Positions 50,959 to 64,000 of a stretch of 64,000 bases of DNA are shown in pieces; position 1 is the stretch's first letter, and every line of letters begins with the position of its first letter. The DNA comes from Chrysomallon squamiferum (lineage: Eukaryota; Animalia; Mollusca), in NCBI GenBank assembly GCA_012295275.1, contig CM022673.1, positions 17,174,001 through 17,238,000 of the forward strand. The letters run 5' to 3'. The notes below the pieces were generated by a model. It did no database searches, was not told where the DNA came from, and saw only the letters and a program-made list of their open reading frames with translations. The position numbers and the translations under genes were made by a program.

Positions 50959-53852
50959 CCAAGTACTATCTGTATACTCTTTAACAACTGTGCTAAACAG
51001 AGAATTAATTTATAGTCAAGAATCTTGTTTATTAATTGTTTTGTGCCAGGTTACTCAAAAGGTCATGCTTGGGGTCATATCTTGAAACTGGACATAAAAG
51101 GATTTGCTCAAAATTCATAAATTCTTCAACATTTTATTTATTGCCTGTACCATGAAAGGAATATGTGGAGTATAAATGTGAGATGGATAAGTCACAGAAT
51201 TTTGGTATTTGAATGTGTACCAGTATACTTCACAGGTAAAGTATATTAACATTGGAAATGATTTTGTATTTAAATATAGCACTTTACTTCAGGGTTTGTT
51301 TAGATATCAAAACAAAAAGTTCATTACAGTTGGCCACATCAGAGTTAACTTTTTCTTCTGCTAAGTCCTAAACCTTTGTCTTATTTAACTAATAACCAAA
51401 AAGAAAAACCTGGCAGAGTAATTTTATTCAGATTAATATTACTCCAGTAAGGTGAACAAACACACACACACCCACACCCACACCCACACCCACACAATTA
51501 AATAAATAATAATGATAATAACAATAATAATAATTTAAAAATAATTAAAAAAACAAAAACAAAACATAAATAAATAAATAAATAAAACCCACCATGTTGT
51601 ATCATTTGACCAGAGCCATGAAATTTCAATAAACTGAGAATTCCAACTGTTGCCACCATTTGCAAACAGTATTGTTAATGAGTTACTGAAAACTAGCAAT
51701 CAAAATTTAATATTTTAGCATTATGTTAGTCAGTGGCAAATCATAATTTAAAATTGTTCTGTAAACATAGTATTTGTATAAATAGAAATCTGTTATTTAA
51801 TGTTTCATTATACATTCCACAAATTTTCTATTATACATATATGAAATGAAAACATTATACTTATTATCAATCATTATTAATAAAAAAAAATTAAAAAATT
51901 AAAAACATTTTAAAAAAGTAATATTTGATATAATAATAAAAAAAAGTTTTATTTTCATTTTTTACTATAATATATTTAGGATAAGTAATAATTTTAGATC
52001 AGAATGAAGTTTATCTCAGAGGTCAGAAACTGTATAATTGTTGTCATGGTATTGTAATTGTGTTTGTGAGATATTTAGCTTACAGAGTGTTAATTGGTTG
52101 AGTTATCTTGTGTTTACCTCATTAATTTGGAAAGGTTAATGATTGGGTGGACTTTTTCGAGAAGTATCAAGTATTGTTTTTTCATTCCTTTGTAAATATT
52201 TCATTTGTGTTTGTTTCCTTATTTGCTGAATTGGTCATATGCCGTTATATAAAGCAAAATTTACAATAGCAAGAATATATTCTTATGAAAATAGGTTTAT
52301 GTGTTTGTCAGAAGACAAAAATGAAAAATAAATTAAAATTAATGTGTAATAAAAAGAAGAAGAAGAAAAGATGGTATACCGATGAAAACTAAAAAGAAAA
52401 AAAAAAACTAAGAAAGAAAGATAACAACCTCCAAGAGATTTAGAAACAAATTAAAATGCAATAAAAAACTTTTTTTTAAATTTTCAAATAAAAAGAGTTA
52501 CCAATTGATTTTACTTTGTGCTATTTATTTTAGATAATTTTATTATTTTCATTCTTAGATATTTACAAAGATTTATAAAATGAAGTAAATGATTATATGC
52601 ACAAACTAAACAACAAACAACCATTTGAAAACAGGAAATTTGATATCTGTTTTGGTACAATTTGAATTCAGTAGTTTAATTTTAGAAAAAGGACAATAGT
52701 AGCAAGCATTAGTTTGATATTTTTGTTTATTGATTTCTATTTTGTACCCTCTTTGCATATAAGTATGTGCTTACATAAATATGCGTTTGTTCCTAAATAT
52801 GTATGTGTGACATGTTTGTGTATGCATGTGTGTGCATGTGTCTGTGTAGGTGCATATTGTTTTTATGTATGTAGTCAGTTATTGGTAACTTCGGACTTTG
52901 ATAATTTCAGACTGGTAATCTCGGCCCCTTTTTAAATTGTTGGAGATCTTGATTCAGAATGATTTCCTACTCCCTAGATGGCAGCACTGATGCTTGCATG
53001 TAAAAACCCTTTGTAAAGTTCAGTGATTTGGAACTGTTCTGACATATGTGGATCTATCTCGGTTCTCATTAATTAAGTTTGATTTTAATGATTATTATTG
53101 AGTTGATAGTAATAACGATATTAGCCAAGCAGTATGCATCTAGACTATAAAATATAAATGTTGTTGGATTTAATAAAGATGGAATATATAGTGATATTTG
53201 GCATGAATAAGCATGTGGGGTTACCAGTCAAAGGTTACCAGTCCAAGATTACCAAAGTCCGAGGTTACCATAATTCATGTAGCCTATATGTCAAGACTAA
53301 AATCTTTGTTTCATGTGCAAATACAAATGGACATAAAACCCATGCAGACAAAATATGACCACAGCTACAAATACAACTACTTTGACAACTACAGCTACAC
53401 AGACATTTACAATGGTGTTGTTGGAATCAACAGTTGTCTTTACTTTAAAATCTTTGTCAAAGACAGTCTCCATGTGATGTTACCAACACCTTGTAGTGAT
53501 TCCACACACATCTCTTCATTGAGAATTTGTTTTCCTCCACCTCTGTAATTTTGTTACTATTATCAACAACGTTTGAAATGTTTGTCCCTACAGTTTCTTC
53601 TGTTCTTACACATAGATAGGCTTCAAATGAAAGGACTGTGAAATTTAGGTCAGATTTACTTTTCAACACATGGAGAATGTAACATCGTAAGGCTTGTCAG
53701 AACTTTTACAATGGGACATTGTCTAGGGGACACGTCTGTTAGCAAACTGGACAGGCTGCTTGTGCTTACACATTATTACAGTTATGACATTTTTGTTCAC
53801 GGCTAAGGACAGTTCTGGTATCCAGAAGAAACTTTCCATTCTTTTAAAGAAT

Positions 53853-53960
53853 TACTTTACTTTACTTTTCTTTACTTTACTTTACTTTACTTTACTTTAC
53901 TTTACTTTACCTTACCTTACCTTACCTTACCTTATTTTACTTTATTTTATTTTATTTTGT
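53853..53960. repeat. (TTTAC)n/(CTTAC)n/(TTTTA)n pentanucleotide repeat
   Basis: Directly visible. Confidence 0.9.
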
Positions 53961-55274
53961 TTTATTTTTTTATTTTAATGGGGTTTTTAAATTATTTTTT
54001 TAATATTATGAATGAGGATATTTAATTTATCAGCAGAATGTATTTGGAATATTGATGTAATCCTTTGAAATGCAGATGAAATGTTCTCATCATGTTTATC
54101 TTTCTTTGGATAAAAGTATGTAATGTATTTCCTTTGTAAGTGATTCTTGTAGCTGATAAACAGATTATCACAGTATAATTTATTTGATTTTACATTTGGT
54201 GGTTGAGTGAATAGATCATTGGATGGATTTTGTTTGAAATGTTTTTAGACTTGCTATTTCATTACAAAATGAAGTTTTAAAGCATGTAAATATTTAAATA
54301 TTTAAAAATGGAAATTTAAAAAATGTATAAGTTATTTGTATTCCCTTTTTTATAAATTATTATGATTATTATTTAGTTAGTTCATTGTTAAATAGTTCTG
54401 TACTATCTACCAGGGGAATGGTTATTAAAAATATTCCATGTTGCAAGAATTCACTGAGGGCTGCCAGTAAAGTAACATTTACATTAAATAACATATGTTT
54501 AACATTATTATATCTGTACAGGTATCTCTAAACATTTGCCTTTCATCTTGATTTTATAAATGTCATGTATTAATTTCCAAAAAGAATTTGATAAAATATT
54601 TATCAATGATTTTGAGGACTTAATGGCAGTGTTAAAGATACTGTATATTTTAGTCTGTGATCATCATACTAACATGATTGGTATAAATAATTAAATATAA
54701 CCTTTCCTTTTGCATAATGTCACCACACACAACATTCCATTCACAGAACGTTTAATATCTGAGGCATGAGTCATAATCTTCTCTTTTCTTCTGCTTGATA
54801 ACTGTTCAGATATAACTTAAGACAGCCCATAACTCCTCTATTATTTCACAGCCTCTTGAGAACAACACTTAAATAGTTCACAACTCCTATTATTTTGTTA
54901 TTCTTCAAAAATATAATTCTCTTAACATAATTTAAAATACTGTTATGATAATCTCCTGGATATACAAGTATGCACATAGATAGGTAGGTAGATAGGTAAA
55001 TGGGTGGATGCAGAAAGATAGATACATGATGAACAAAATTTGTTTGATTAATGTTATAAAAAGCAAAAGTAACATACATAATTATAGGTATATGATAGGA
55101 GTACAGATATCTGTATTTGTTAAATACATGATAAATTATATGTTTGTTATAACATGTAATGTTTTTGAAATAATATATCTATGGTTATAATACATGGGGT
55201 TTTTATCCATAAATATTGTTGAAATCCGTATCTACAATAGTTACACATTTTATAATTTTGGGTTTTAACATTTT

Positions 55275-55277
<3 letters not shown>

Positions 55278-55323
<46 letters not shown>
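55278..55323. repeat. (TG)n microsatellite
   Basis: Directly visible. Confidence 0.95.
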
Positions 55324-55324
<1 letters not shown>

Positions 55325-58128
55325 ACACCCATGAATGCATGTGCTTTTGAAGCACATCTTATTAACAAATTCTAATATATGTACAATGTTTGGTTTATTT
55401 GCTTTTGTGTAAATGATTATTGTATGATATATAAGTGTGAGTCATTTTCCATATTCATGTATGTATGTGATAATATATATATATATATTATAACATAGTG
55501 GTGCATATCAGAAACAGATTAAAATGGAAAAGAAACATTAAAAAACAAAAAAATGATGTATTATAGGAAGAAACAGTTGGCACTGACATTATGTGACCTT
55601 ATTCTGTCAATCACAACACAGGGCTGGTTTACAACTGTTCCTTGTGACAGCTGACTATATTTTCTGCAAGTTAGATGTATTTTTACCACACACAGAATTA
55701 TATGTATTGGTCCTTTCTTTATTCACGTTCAGATCAGTCTTCCCAAATTATAACAACTTTAAATGTCATTTGTTAATGTTATGCAATTGTCATATCACTT
55801 TTAAATGTTAAAAATATAAAATAATTGTTTATTGTTTCTTTTTTGATATTATTATTATTATTATTATCATCATCATCATTATTATTATTATTATCATCAT
55901 CATCATTATTATTATTATTTTCAAATACGTAAAAGTTAATGGTAATTCAGAAGTTACAGCACTTAGGTTAAGAATATAAAACAAATGAGACAGTTAAAAT
56001 ATCAGTATGTAATGTTTCATATAATAATAGTTAGTTTGGTCCTATTTAATACTTTTTATTTACATAACATTTTATGAGATGAATCTATTTTTATTGTTTG
56101 AAAATTGCTGTAGGCAATATCTGAAGTATCCTAACTTCATTTATTTTTTTTTTATTCTGGTTCACTCAACCTCCATGGACCAACACCATTTTTCCATTTG
56201 AAATGTCAATAAGCTCTTTGTTGAACAAAAAGCTAATCTGTCCTGACATATTGAAGACTAAGTATGGAAGATGGGTATCACAGTATTACATACCTCGCAG
56301 GTCAGCAGCTTATCAGGCATTTAGAAAAATACCCCCCACAGACATCCAGTAAATCCTTTGTGTCAGTTTCAGTCCAGTATTTGTTTCTTACAAAAGTATT
56401 TTCATTTTCTGTATTGATCAAGCCATTTATCAATCATAGTAGCAGGTCTTTCCACTTAAAACAGAAATGCTACTTAGCAGAGTTATTATTTTTTCCAGTT
56501 TTCAATTTCCTAATGATAGATATATAGTAAAAGCTTTATTATGTATTAGATATATTGTTTATTCATCTTTATTGTTATAAATTCCAATTTCATCTTTTCA
56601 AACACAGATATATTATATAAAATTGTAAATTAATATTAAGAAAAACAATAACAGTAATATGATCTTGTTTATTATTGTAATATATTGGTATTGTGTTATT
56701 CTTATATTCATTTATAAAAATGTCATCAGCTTAGTAATTAACACACTTATAATATACACACACAGAAACACATACATATGCACATAATATTCACATTCAC
56801 ATATACACACATATATACATATTCACATACGTATGTATACATACGCATGTAGACATATGCATTCATATATGATCATATACACATACACACAATTACAGTA
56901 TACATACACTTTGTATTAAGATAAACATGCACTGACAAACACAGTTAACCAAAAAGAGGAAATTAAAATCGACAAAAAGAAAAAAAAGAAAGATAAACCA
57001 GAAATGCCCTTTAAGCAATAAAGTGAGTTAAAAAGTCAGCTGAAAACAAAACCAGTGGTTACAAAAAGTACATTAACCTATTTTATTGTATGTCAGCTGT
57101 TGTTGATGAGACTGGTGATAATAATAATATCAGAACTATCACTTTGTATTATTATCACACAGGATCAGTTGAAATTAATCAGCCATGTATTTTACTGTAT
57201 GCTATTTGCCTTATTCTGTACTCACAGGGAGGAGAGACTGTATAATTGAGTAATTAAGGTCACCTGGGTTATAGCTTTATAGAAGATGGAGTGGGGACTA
57301 TGTTGGTGTGATTGAGTGTTGACATGTGTCGGAACTGGTGAACTAATATCCAGAATACTTTGTTACTAATGTGTGAAGACCTGGTGTTTGTACAGGATCA
57401 TAAATACTGCAAAGATTTTTGACAGAGTAAATTTTTGTGATATTTATTTTGACATAATGAAGCCCAAATGCAAGAACTGTTTTCTGTTGCATATATTTGA
57501 TGTGATAAAAATATTTTATACAGACCAATAAATGTTTTAAATATTTATGCGCTGTGATAAAGATTTCTGTACAAATATTATTTGATGATTGGTAGGAATA
57601 TATAATATTTTAAAAGCAAGTATAAAGTAACAGTGTTTGTTTATATAAATTTATATTTGCATGTGCACATAAGGAAGATTTTAAAAGTAAATGAACCATT
57701 AATATATATTTTTGCATGAATATTAATATATACACATCTGTATTTAGTCATTTAATGGTGTAGTAATTTTGAACTTTTTAAAATAAATTTTCCATGATGA
57801 TTGCACTTTATTCTGATATGTTAATATCCTCTGATCATTACTGACAATGTTCCTTTATTCAAATATACATTAATATTTGTTTAAATTTTTTTATTAGTGT
57901 ATTATTATACAAAATGTTAAGCTTATTTTGATTTTTAATATTTCTAACATTTTATGTTTATTAATAATTTTCATTTTTTTTTTTTTTATTTCAGATGATG
58001 ATTTTCCTTCTGTAACCTAAGTCTGAAGATTTTGGCAATGACATCTAACAGATTGCATGTGAAAGTCTGGGAACATACTTCTAAAATATTCCACTATGAC
58101 AATGTGTAATGTTTCTTGTTGTTGAAAC

Positions 58129-59795
58129 ATGGAACTCAAAGTGTGGGTAGATGGCATTCAGCGTATTGTCAGTGGTGTCAATGATGATACTACATGTCAA
58201 GATGTTGTCATTGCCCTGGCTCATGCAATGGGGCGCACTGGAAGATTTACTCTGATAGAGAAGTGGAGAGAGGTTGAACGGCCTCTGTCAGCAAATGAAT
58301 TTCCATTAAGAGTGTTACACAAATGGGGTGAATATGCAAATGAGGTGAAATTTTTCCTTTGTCAGTCAGACTCTGATAAATTCAGACGGAATGATAAATG
58401 GAAAAAACTGGATAGATTCACACATAATTTTTCACCACCAGTGTCTCAGACAAGCAGTGTTGTCAAACGATCTTTAACATTCAGTGGTGCTCACAATTCT
58501 GTTCAGCATGAATCGAGTTCCTCATCACATTTAACTCAATTACAGAGGAACTGTTACGAACCATACCCAAACAGTTTGAGTCCTCGGTCCTCTTCTCAAA
58601 GTCATTCATCTACATCATCATCTGTACATTTATCTCCACAACAACCACATTGTCATCCACATTCATCAGCATCCATAGAATTTGGACATTCTTCACCAAA
58701 AACTTTGCCAATTCCTTCCCAGCTCATTCCAAACTCGAGCAAATTTGTGCATGACAGAAGTGCTGAAAATCATCAGTTTTCAAGTTCACAGGAAGGATTT
58801 TCAAGATTCCAGCCTGGAGTGAACCTAGCTCCTGTGGAATTGTCCCTGGACAGTCCTCATCATTCCAGACAGGCAAGCCTGGAGAATATTGAAGAATACA
58901 ATCTTGATCAGAACTTTCCAGATAATCTACGAGAATCTGGACGTTTAGAGAGATCTCAAGGTCATTCAGAACACACAGAATATAGACTTGATGAGCATGA
59001 ACCAAACAGACCTGAGTCAGAAAAATGTCGACTTCTTCGTCTTGTCTCACTGCAGAAGGAAAGACTCAAAGTCCAGAAATCTGAACTGGATGTCATAGAA
59101 ACAGGTAACTGTTATCACTAAATCATGAAATATATTATATGTCACAGAAACATGTATTGGTTATCATAGTAATGGTTATCAAAACAGAAAAATATTGTTG
59201 CAAAAACTCATTATAATTGTGAAAGAATTAATAATAGAAATTATAATGAATCTACATAAATTTTTTGCAAACATCACAGACATGATCAGATTCATTCCAA
59301 GAAAGTAAGTACCTGTAGTCATGGACTAATATGATATGACAAAGAATCCAAGATCATTAATTGCAAAAAATCATAAAAAACAAAAAATAGTCTTCATTTA
59401 GGAATTTAACTTTGTTGGATTTGTAATGTATTGGTATCATGAAGGCTGCAGTGATTAGTTATATACACTGGTGTCATAGGTAAGTAATGATAAAAGGCTG
59501 CACTCTTTGGTTATGAAGATAGTTGTTGTAGAAACTGATGGTAAAGCTAGATGAGGCATTCACTAATAATTAATAAACAAAAATAGAAATGTACTCAGTC
59601 ATTGTTTGAAGGTTTCATTACACTGGCAGTGTCTAAATGATAATGACACTGTACAGTCAGTTGTCTTCATACAACTAGTAATAAAAGGGTACATACTGTT
59701 ATGGTACTAAAGTTTTCATGAGATGTTATTGTTATATTCATCCAGACCTCATACTACTTATTGTAATAATAAAAATTATACTACTTACATTGCTA

Positions 59796-59851
<56 letters not shown>

Positions 59852-60270
59852 TATTGTAATGGTTTATAATATATATCTAACTTTATATTTAATTTAAAAA
59901 ATTTATATATAGGCCTATATAAAAGATAATGTTGCTATCTTGTAATTTTAATAAATTAATCAGCTGCAATATTAAAATATTTACTTATTTAAACTAAATA
60001 AAATATTTGGGAAAATATTAAATAACTGATGAATTATGTATAGAATGGAAGCTTCACAAATGTGCATTATAAAATTTGTGTATCTGCCAACTGGATCAGT
60101 GTGGTGTTATATAACATGAAACAGTTTGGCATTAGTTAGGTGTTAGTCATTGTAGATAGTAATTACCAATCAATATAACACGTACTAATTGTAATAAACT
60201 ATAGATTAGAGCCATATGGTTTTTTCTTTTATTATTTGTATTGTTTAACAAAAATGTCCTGTAGGAGAGA

Positions 60271-60321
<51 letters not shown>

Positions 60322-63203
60322 TGTATTTGTGTTTGTGTATTTGTGTTTGTGTATTTGTGTGTGTTTAACATTTTTGCAGTATGCATCTGAAATGAACTCA
60401 AAGTTTTATTTTTATTATCATTATATTTAAAATAAAAAAAAGAAAGAAAATTAAGCCTTTTCAGTTATTTGCTCCATATAATATTTTCTTAAGATTGCAA
60501 ATTTCAGGAATGAATAGAAATAAATATTTGTATATGCTACTGTTGAAATCAATTTCCACAAACACATGTATATATAAACACACACACACATACTGTTATT
60601 TAACAAAATATTTTATATCTAGCATCATATCATTTAGTATGTAGCCTGCAGGAAAAAAACAAAAAAATTGAATTGGAAAGCAAATACATTTGTAATAAAG
60701 TTAGCAAGAAATTATCTGTACTGGTAGGAACATAATATTTTTAATAGGGAGCATGTCATATTCATTTGTTGTTCAAAATGTAGATGTAAAAGGCAAATAA
60801 CTAAGTTATATTCCTTGCAAAATAAAAACAACTTAGAGATGCCAGTGTGTTGATGGAATCCTTAGTTTAAGGTATTACATAATGGTTATGACTGATATTA
60901 AAAATAAATATAGTATGTAGAAAATGAATCTTAGATCATCATTAGATCTTTTTGCATTAATTGATTTATTATGTAGCCTTCAGAAAAAAAATAAAAAATT
61001 AAATTGGAAAGCAAATATATTTGTGATAAGGTTAACAAGAAATTATCTGTACATAATACTTTTAATAGGGAGGATGTCATATTCATTTGTAAAAGGCACA
61101 TGACTAAATTATATTCCTTGCAATATAAAAACAATTTAGAAATGTCAGTATGTTGATGGAATCCTTAATTTAAAGTATAACATAATGGTTACTTTATAAT
61201 GCCATTTTTGTGCATCTTGAATGGGGCCTTTTCACAAACGGTTCCATATTATTTGCTGAACATAGTTCTTTTTGAAAAACTAAAGCCATAAGAGTAAACT
61301 TAATTAGAATATGTGATACTTGGTAAACATAATACTAAACATTTCAGATATTGTTTTTTTTCAGAAATTGTTTCACTGGAGGAAAAGGACCGAGAATATG
61401 ATAAAGACATGCAGAAAATTTCAAGTGATATTCTGTCAGTGGAGGAGAGACAAACTGTGATAGACTCTGAACTAAAATTACTTGAATCTGTTGAGTGGAT
61501 AGAAGTATTACAGCAAGAACAGACAAAGGGTAGGGAACTCCAGCTGGAAATTTCTAAAGTCAAGGATAATTTATGTCAGTGTGAAAGAAATATTAATGAA
61601 ACAGTTTCAAAACAAAAAGAACTGGAGGATTTAATTCAGAAGGAAAAGCAGCTGGTGCACTCACTGGAAGAGGAAAATAAAGAGAAAGAAGCAAAGTTGA
61701 AGAATGAGATTAAACAGTTACAAGAAGAACTGGATAGCAAGGAGGTGGAGTGTGAAAATGGACAGCGGTCACTTAGTGAAGTCATGAGTGAACTCAATGA
61801 GATCGAGACTCAATTAGAACACAAACATCATGAGGCAGATTCCCTGGAGGAAGACCTACAGAAAATAAACATGAAAGAGTTTGTCAACCACCCTCCAGAT
61901 TTGACAAAAAAATCAGAAAGTGGTCAAGGTAATGTTAACATTAGTTAAAAACAAATAATAAAACAACTCAACAAATAAATAATAAAAATAAATAAAAGCA
62001 AATGAAACATAAAACATTACCTTTCAGTCATACAGTGTTTAAAGAATAATCTTCAAGATACAGATGTATTAAAATGATCCTGTTAACTGCTATGAGTGTC
62101 TGAATGTGTGAACTTGTGCAAATGATAAATTATTTTCATATTTAAATAATATCTTTTCCAGACTTTATATAATTCAAGTCAATATGAAAATGATCATTAT
62201 TGTCGTTATTATTGCTGTTATTATTAATATGTTTTTGTTGGGTTTTTAAATGACTAATAATATTTATATTCTATTTTTTCTTCTTTTTATTTTTTTATGT
62301 TGGAATTTTATAATTGTATTATTATTATTATTATTATTATAATTTTTTTTTTTTTTTATGTCAGTTTATGACACATTTTAACAGTTTTGTTTCAGAATGA
62401 TATATTTTAATGATTTTGTTTTAAAATAACAAATTTTAACAAAATCCTTGCATAAATGTAAATATTATTATAACTAATATTAGTACAAAAGAGTCATTTC
62501 CATGTAATTATTATGTTAAGAATGATACTTACATGTCAGCTTTTAAAAAGCCTGACATTTGAAGCAGATAGTTATTTGTATGATAAAATACCTGTGGATC
62601 AAATTGTCAAGAAATGTCTGCCTTTATCAGCAGAAAATGTCAAGTGCTTTGGTTCAGCTGGCAACTTAATAGCACTCTACTGGAAAGAAGAAAAAAAAAA
62701 AAAAGTAAAAGTTATCTGAAAGATAAAAAAGAAGAAGAAAAGAAGTTTTATTAGATAACAAACAAAAAATGTGCCCACAGAACTATGCTTCGATCCTCAA
62801 GTAAAAATATATACAAAAATATATACAAAACAAATAACATTTTTAAAAATAAAAGCTATCAAAAAACAACAACATAAAAACAAATGAATACCTAGTCTTT
62901 AAAAAAAAAAATTTAGATGCTCTTATCTTAGTGGTTATATTTTGTATTGTTTTATTATTAGAACATTTTGATTACAAATCTGACTTAGAATTCATTTTTG
63001 TTTTCTCTTTCTTTTGATTTCTTCTTAGTTTATTACTAGATATTAACATTGTTTTAAATTATTTTATTGCAGTGGTTCTGAAACTTTTAGAAGGAAGACT
63101 TTCTCCTCGTACAGTAACATCAACAGCATCAAAAACATCATCTACACCTCTGTCATTGAACACTGCTCTCTCTGCCAAAAATCCAAATGGTGTTTGGGTT
63201 TAG
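58129..63203 (+). CDS. RASSF8: Ras association domain-containing protein 7/8 (N-terminal RASSF), 556 aa, 3 coding exons
   Basis: Exons 58129-59104, 61365-61928, 63073-63203 splice in frame (1671 nt). N-terminal RA domain [47 protein letters not shown]..., long coiled coil, C-terminus NPNGVWV* like the RASSF8 GIY/WV end. Confidence 0.93.
59799..59849. repeat. (TAA)n microsatellite
   Basis: Directly visible. Confidence 0.95.
60274..60363. repeat. (TG)n microsatellite with TTTGTG extension
   Basis: Directly visible. Confidence 0.9.
60639..61191. repeat. Diverged local direct duplication (60639-60888 / 60971-61191) in a RASSF8 intron
   Basis: atgtagcc..aattggaaagcaaata..caagaaattatctgtac..gttgatggaatcctta..acataatggtta occurs twice. 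Confidence 0.85.
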
Positions 63204-63505
63204 CAGGATTTTGTTACAATAATATATTTTTAATTCTAAATCACTTAGATCTTTTTTTCTTTTGTTTAAAATGTACCCATTGTCATTTTTGTATTTTAAG
63301 ACAATTTTACAATATTTTTGTAATATGATTGTGTATATGGATGGAAAAATAAAACAGAACATTTATTAACATGAACTAAATTATTTCTGAAATTGACGAA
63401 ACACACTGGAGTTATTCCCCTTTGATATTAAGCTTATATCATAAGGCAGTCCTTACATGCAGTTTTATACATTTTTAAAAATTATTTTTTTAATTATTAT
63501 TATCA

Positions 63506-63555
<50 letters not shown>

Positions 63556-64000
63556 TTTTGTTTTGTTCTTTTCTGATAATATTTAATAACATCTTTGAGA
63601 CCTGTAGATTAATTATTATTATATTAATTTTCTTTTTCTTTCATTATCAGTTAAGAACAAATACATACCTCTATAGATTATTTAAACAGTGCAAATGTAA
63701 CTATAAAAATGATATTACTACCATGATGCGGGTAGACTTTTACATTTCTTTCTTTCTTTTAGAAAAAAGAATAAAAAATTATTTGAAATTTTTTGTTCTA
63801 AAAAGATATCATTCCAAAAGTGAAGAATATTTTATCTGATTTCTGTATATTATTTTATTTTATTTTTATTTTTTTTTTAGTTAGTTTTTTATTTACAAAT
63901 ATTGAGCTTTAGTGCTATAATCATTTAAATCTGTTTTCAAATTTGTCAAGTGTGTTACTGATGTATTTGTTTTATACTGCCTTTTGGTTTCCTTTTGACA

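Noticed and set aside
58724-59050. Antisense 108-aa ORF (also 1291-1536, 61300-61563)
   Set aside because: Shadow ORFs opposite real exons, with no recognisable motifs.
8844-63839. Dozens of 60-110 aa ORFs rich in F/I/L/Y/K or dipeptide runs (e.g. 8844, 11506, 14459, 15564, 21057, 42642, 50715, 60147, 63558)
   Set aside because: Translations of AT-rich intron or microsatellite DNA, often from non-ATG starts; their recurrence reflects the duplication, not coding conservation.

Overview
AT-rich, microsatellite-rich, intron-containing animal (probably invertebrate) genomic DNA. Most short ORFs in the track are spurious. Three spliced genes were reconstructed by hand: (1) the 3' part of an LMNTD1/2-like lamin-tail-domain gene that still carries an intermediate-filament-type rod end (+, 220-12598), with a decayed Tigger/pogo transposon in one intron; (2) an intact RNF141 RING E3 ligase (-, 40851-37685); (3) a RASSF7/8 gene (+, 58129-63203). 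The main structure is a recent complex rearrangement between the first two genes: B-x-A-[B'C']-A-[B'C']-A-D-C. A is a ~7.3 kb block present three times (LMNTD last exon plus RNF141 exons 3-5); B' and C' are inverted copies of an LMNTD intron segment and of the RNF141 5' region. The junctions show microhomology and a templated insertion. The inversion places the RNF141 first coding exon on the + strand ~610 bp upstream of a duplicated LMNTD terminal exon, giving two copies of a candidate new chimeric gene that would encode a 60-aa, potentially myristoylated, RING-less peptide. Expression and assembly correctness cannot be judged from sequence alone.
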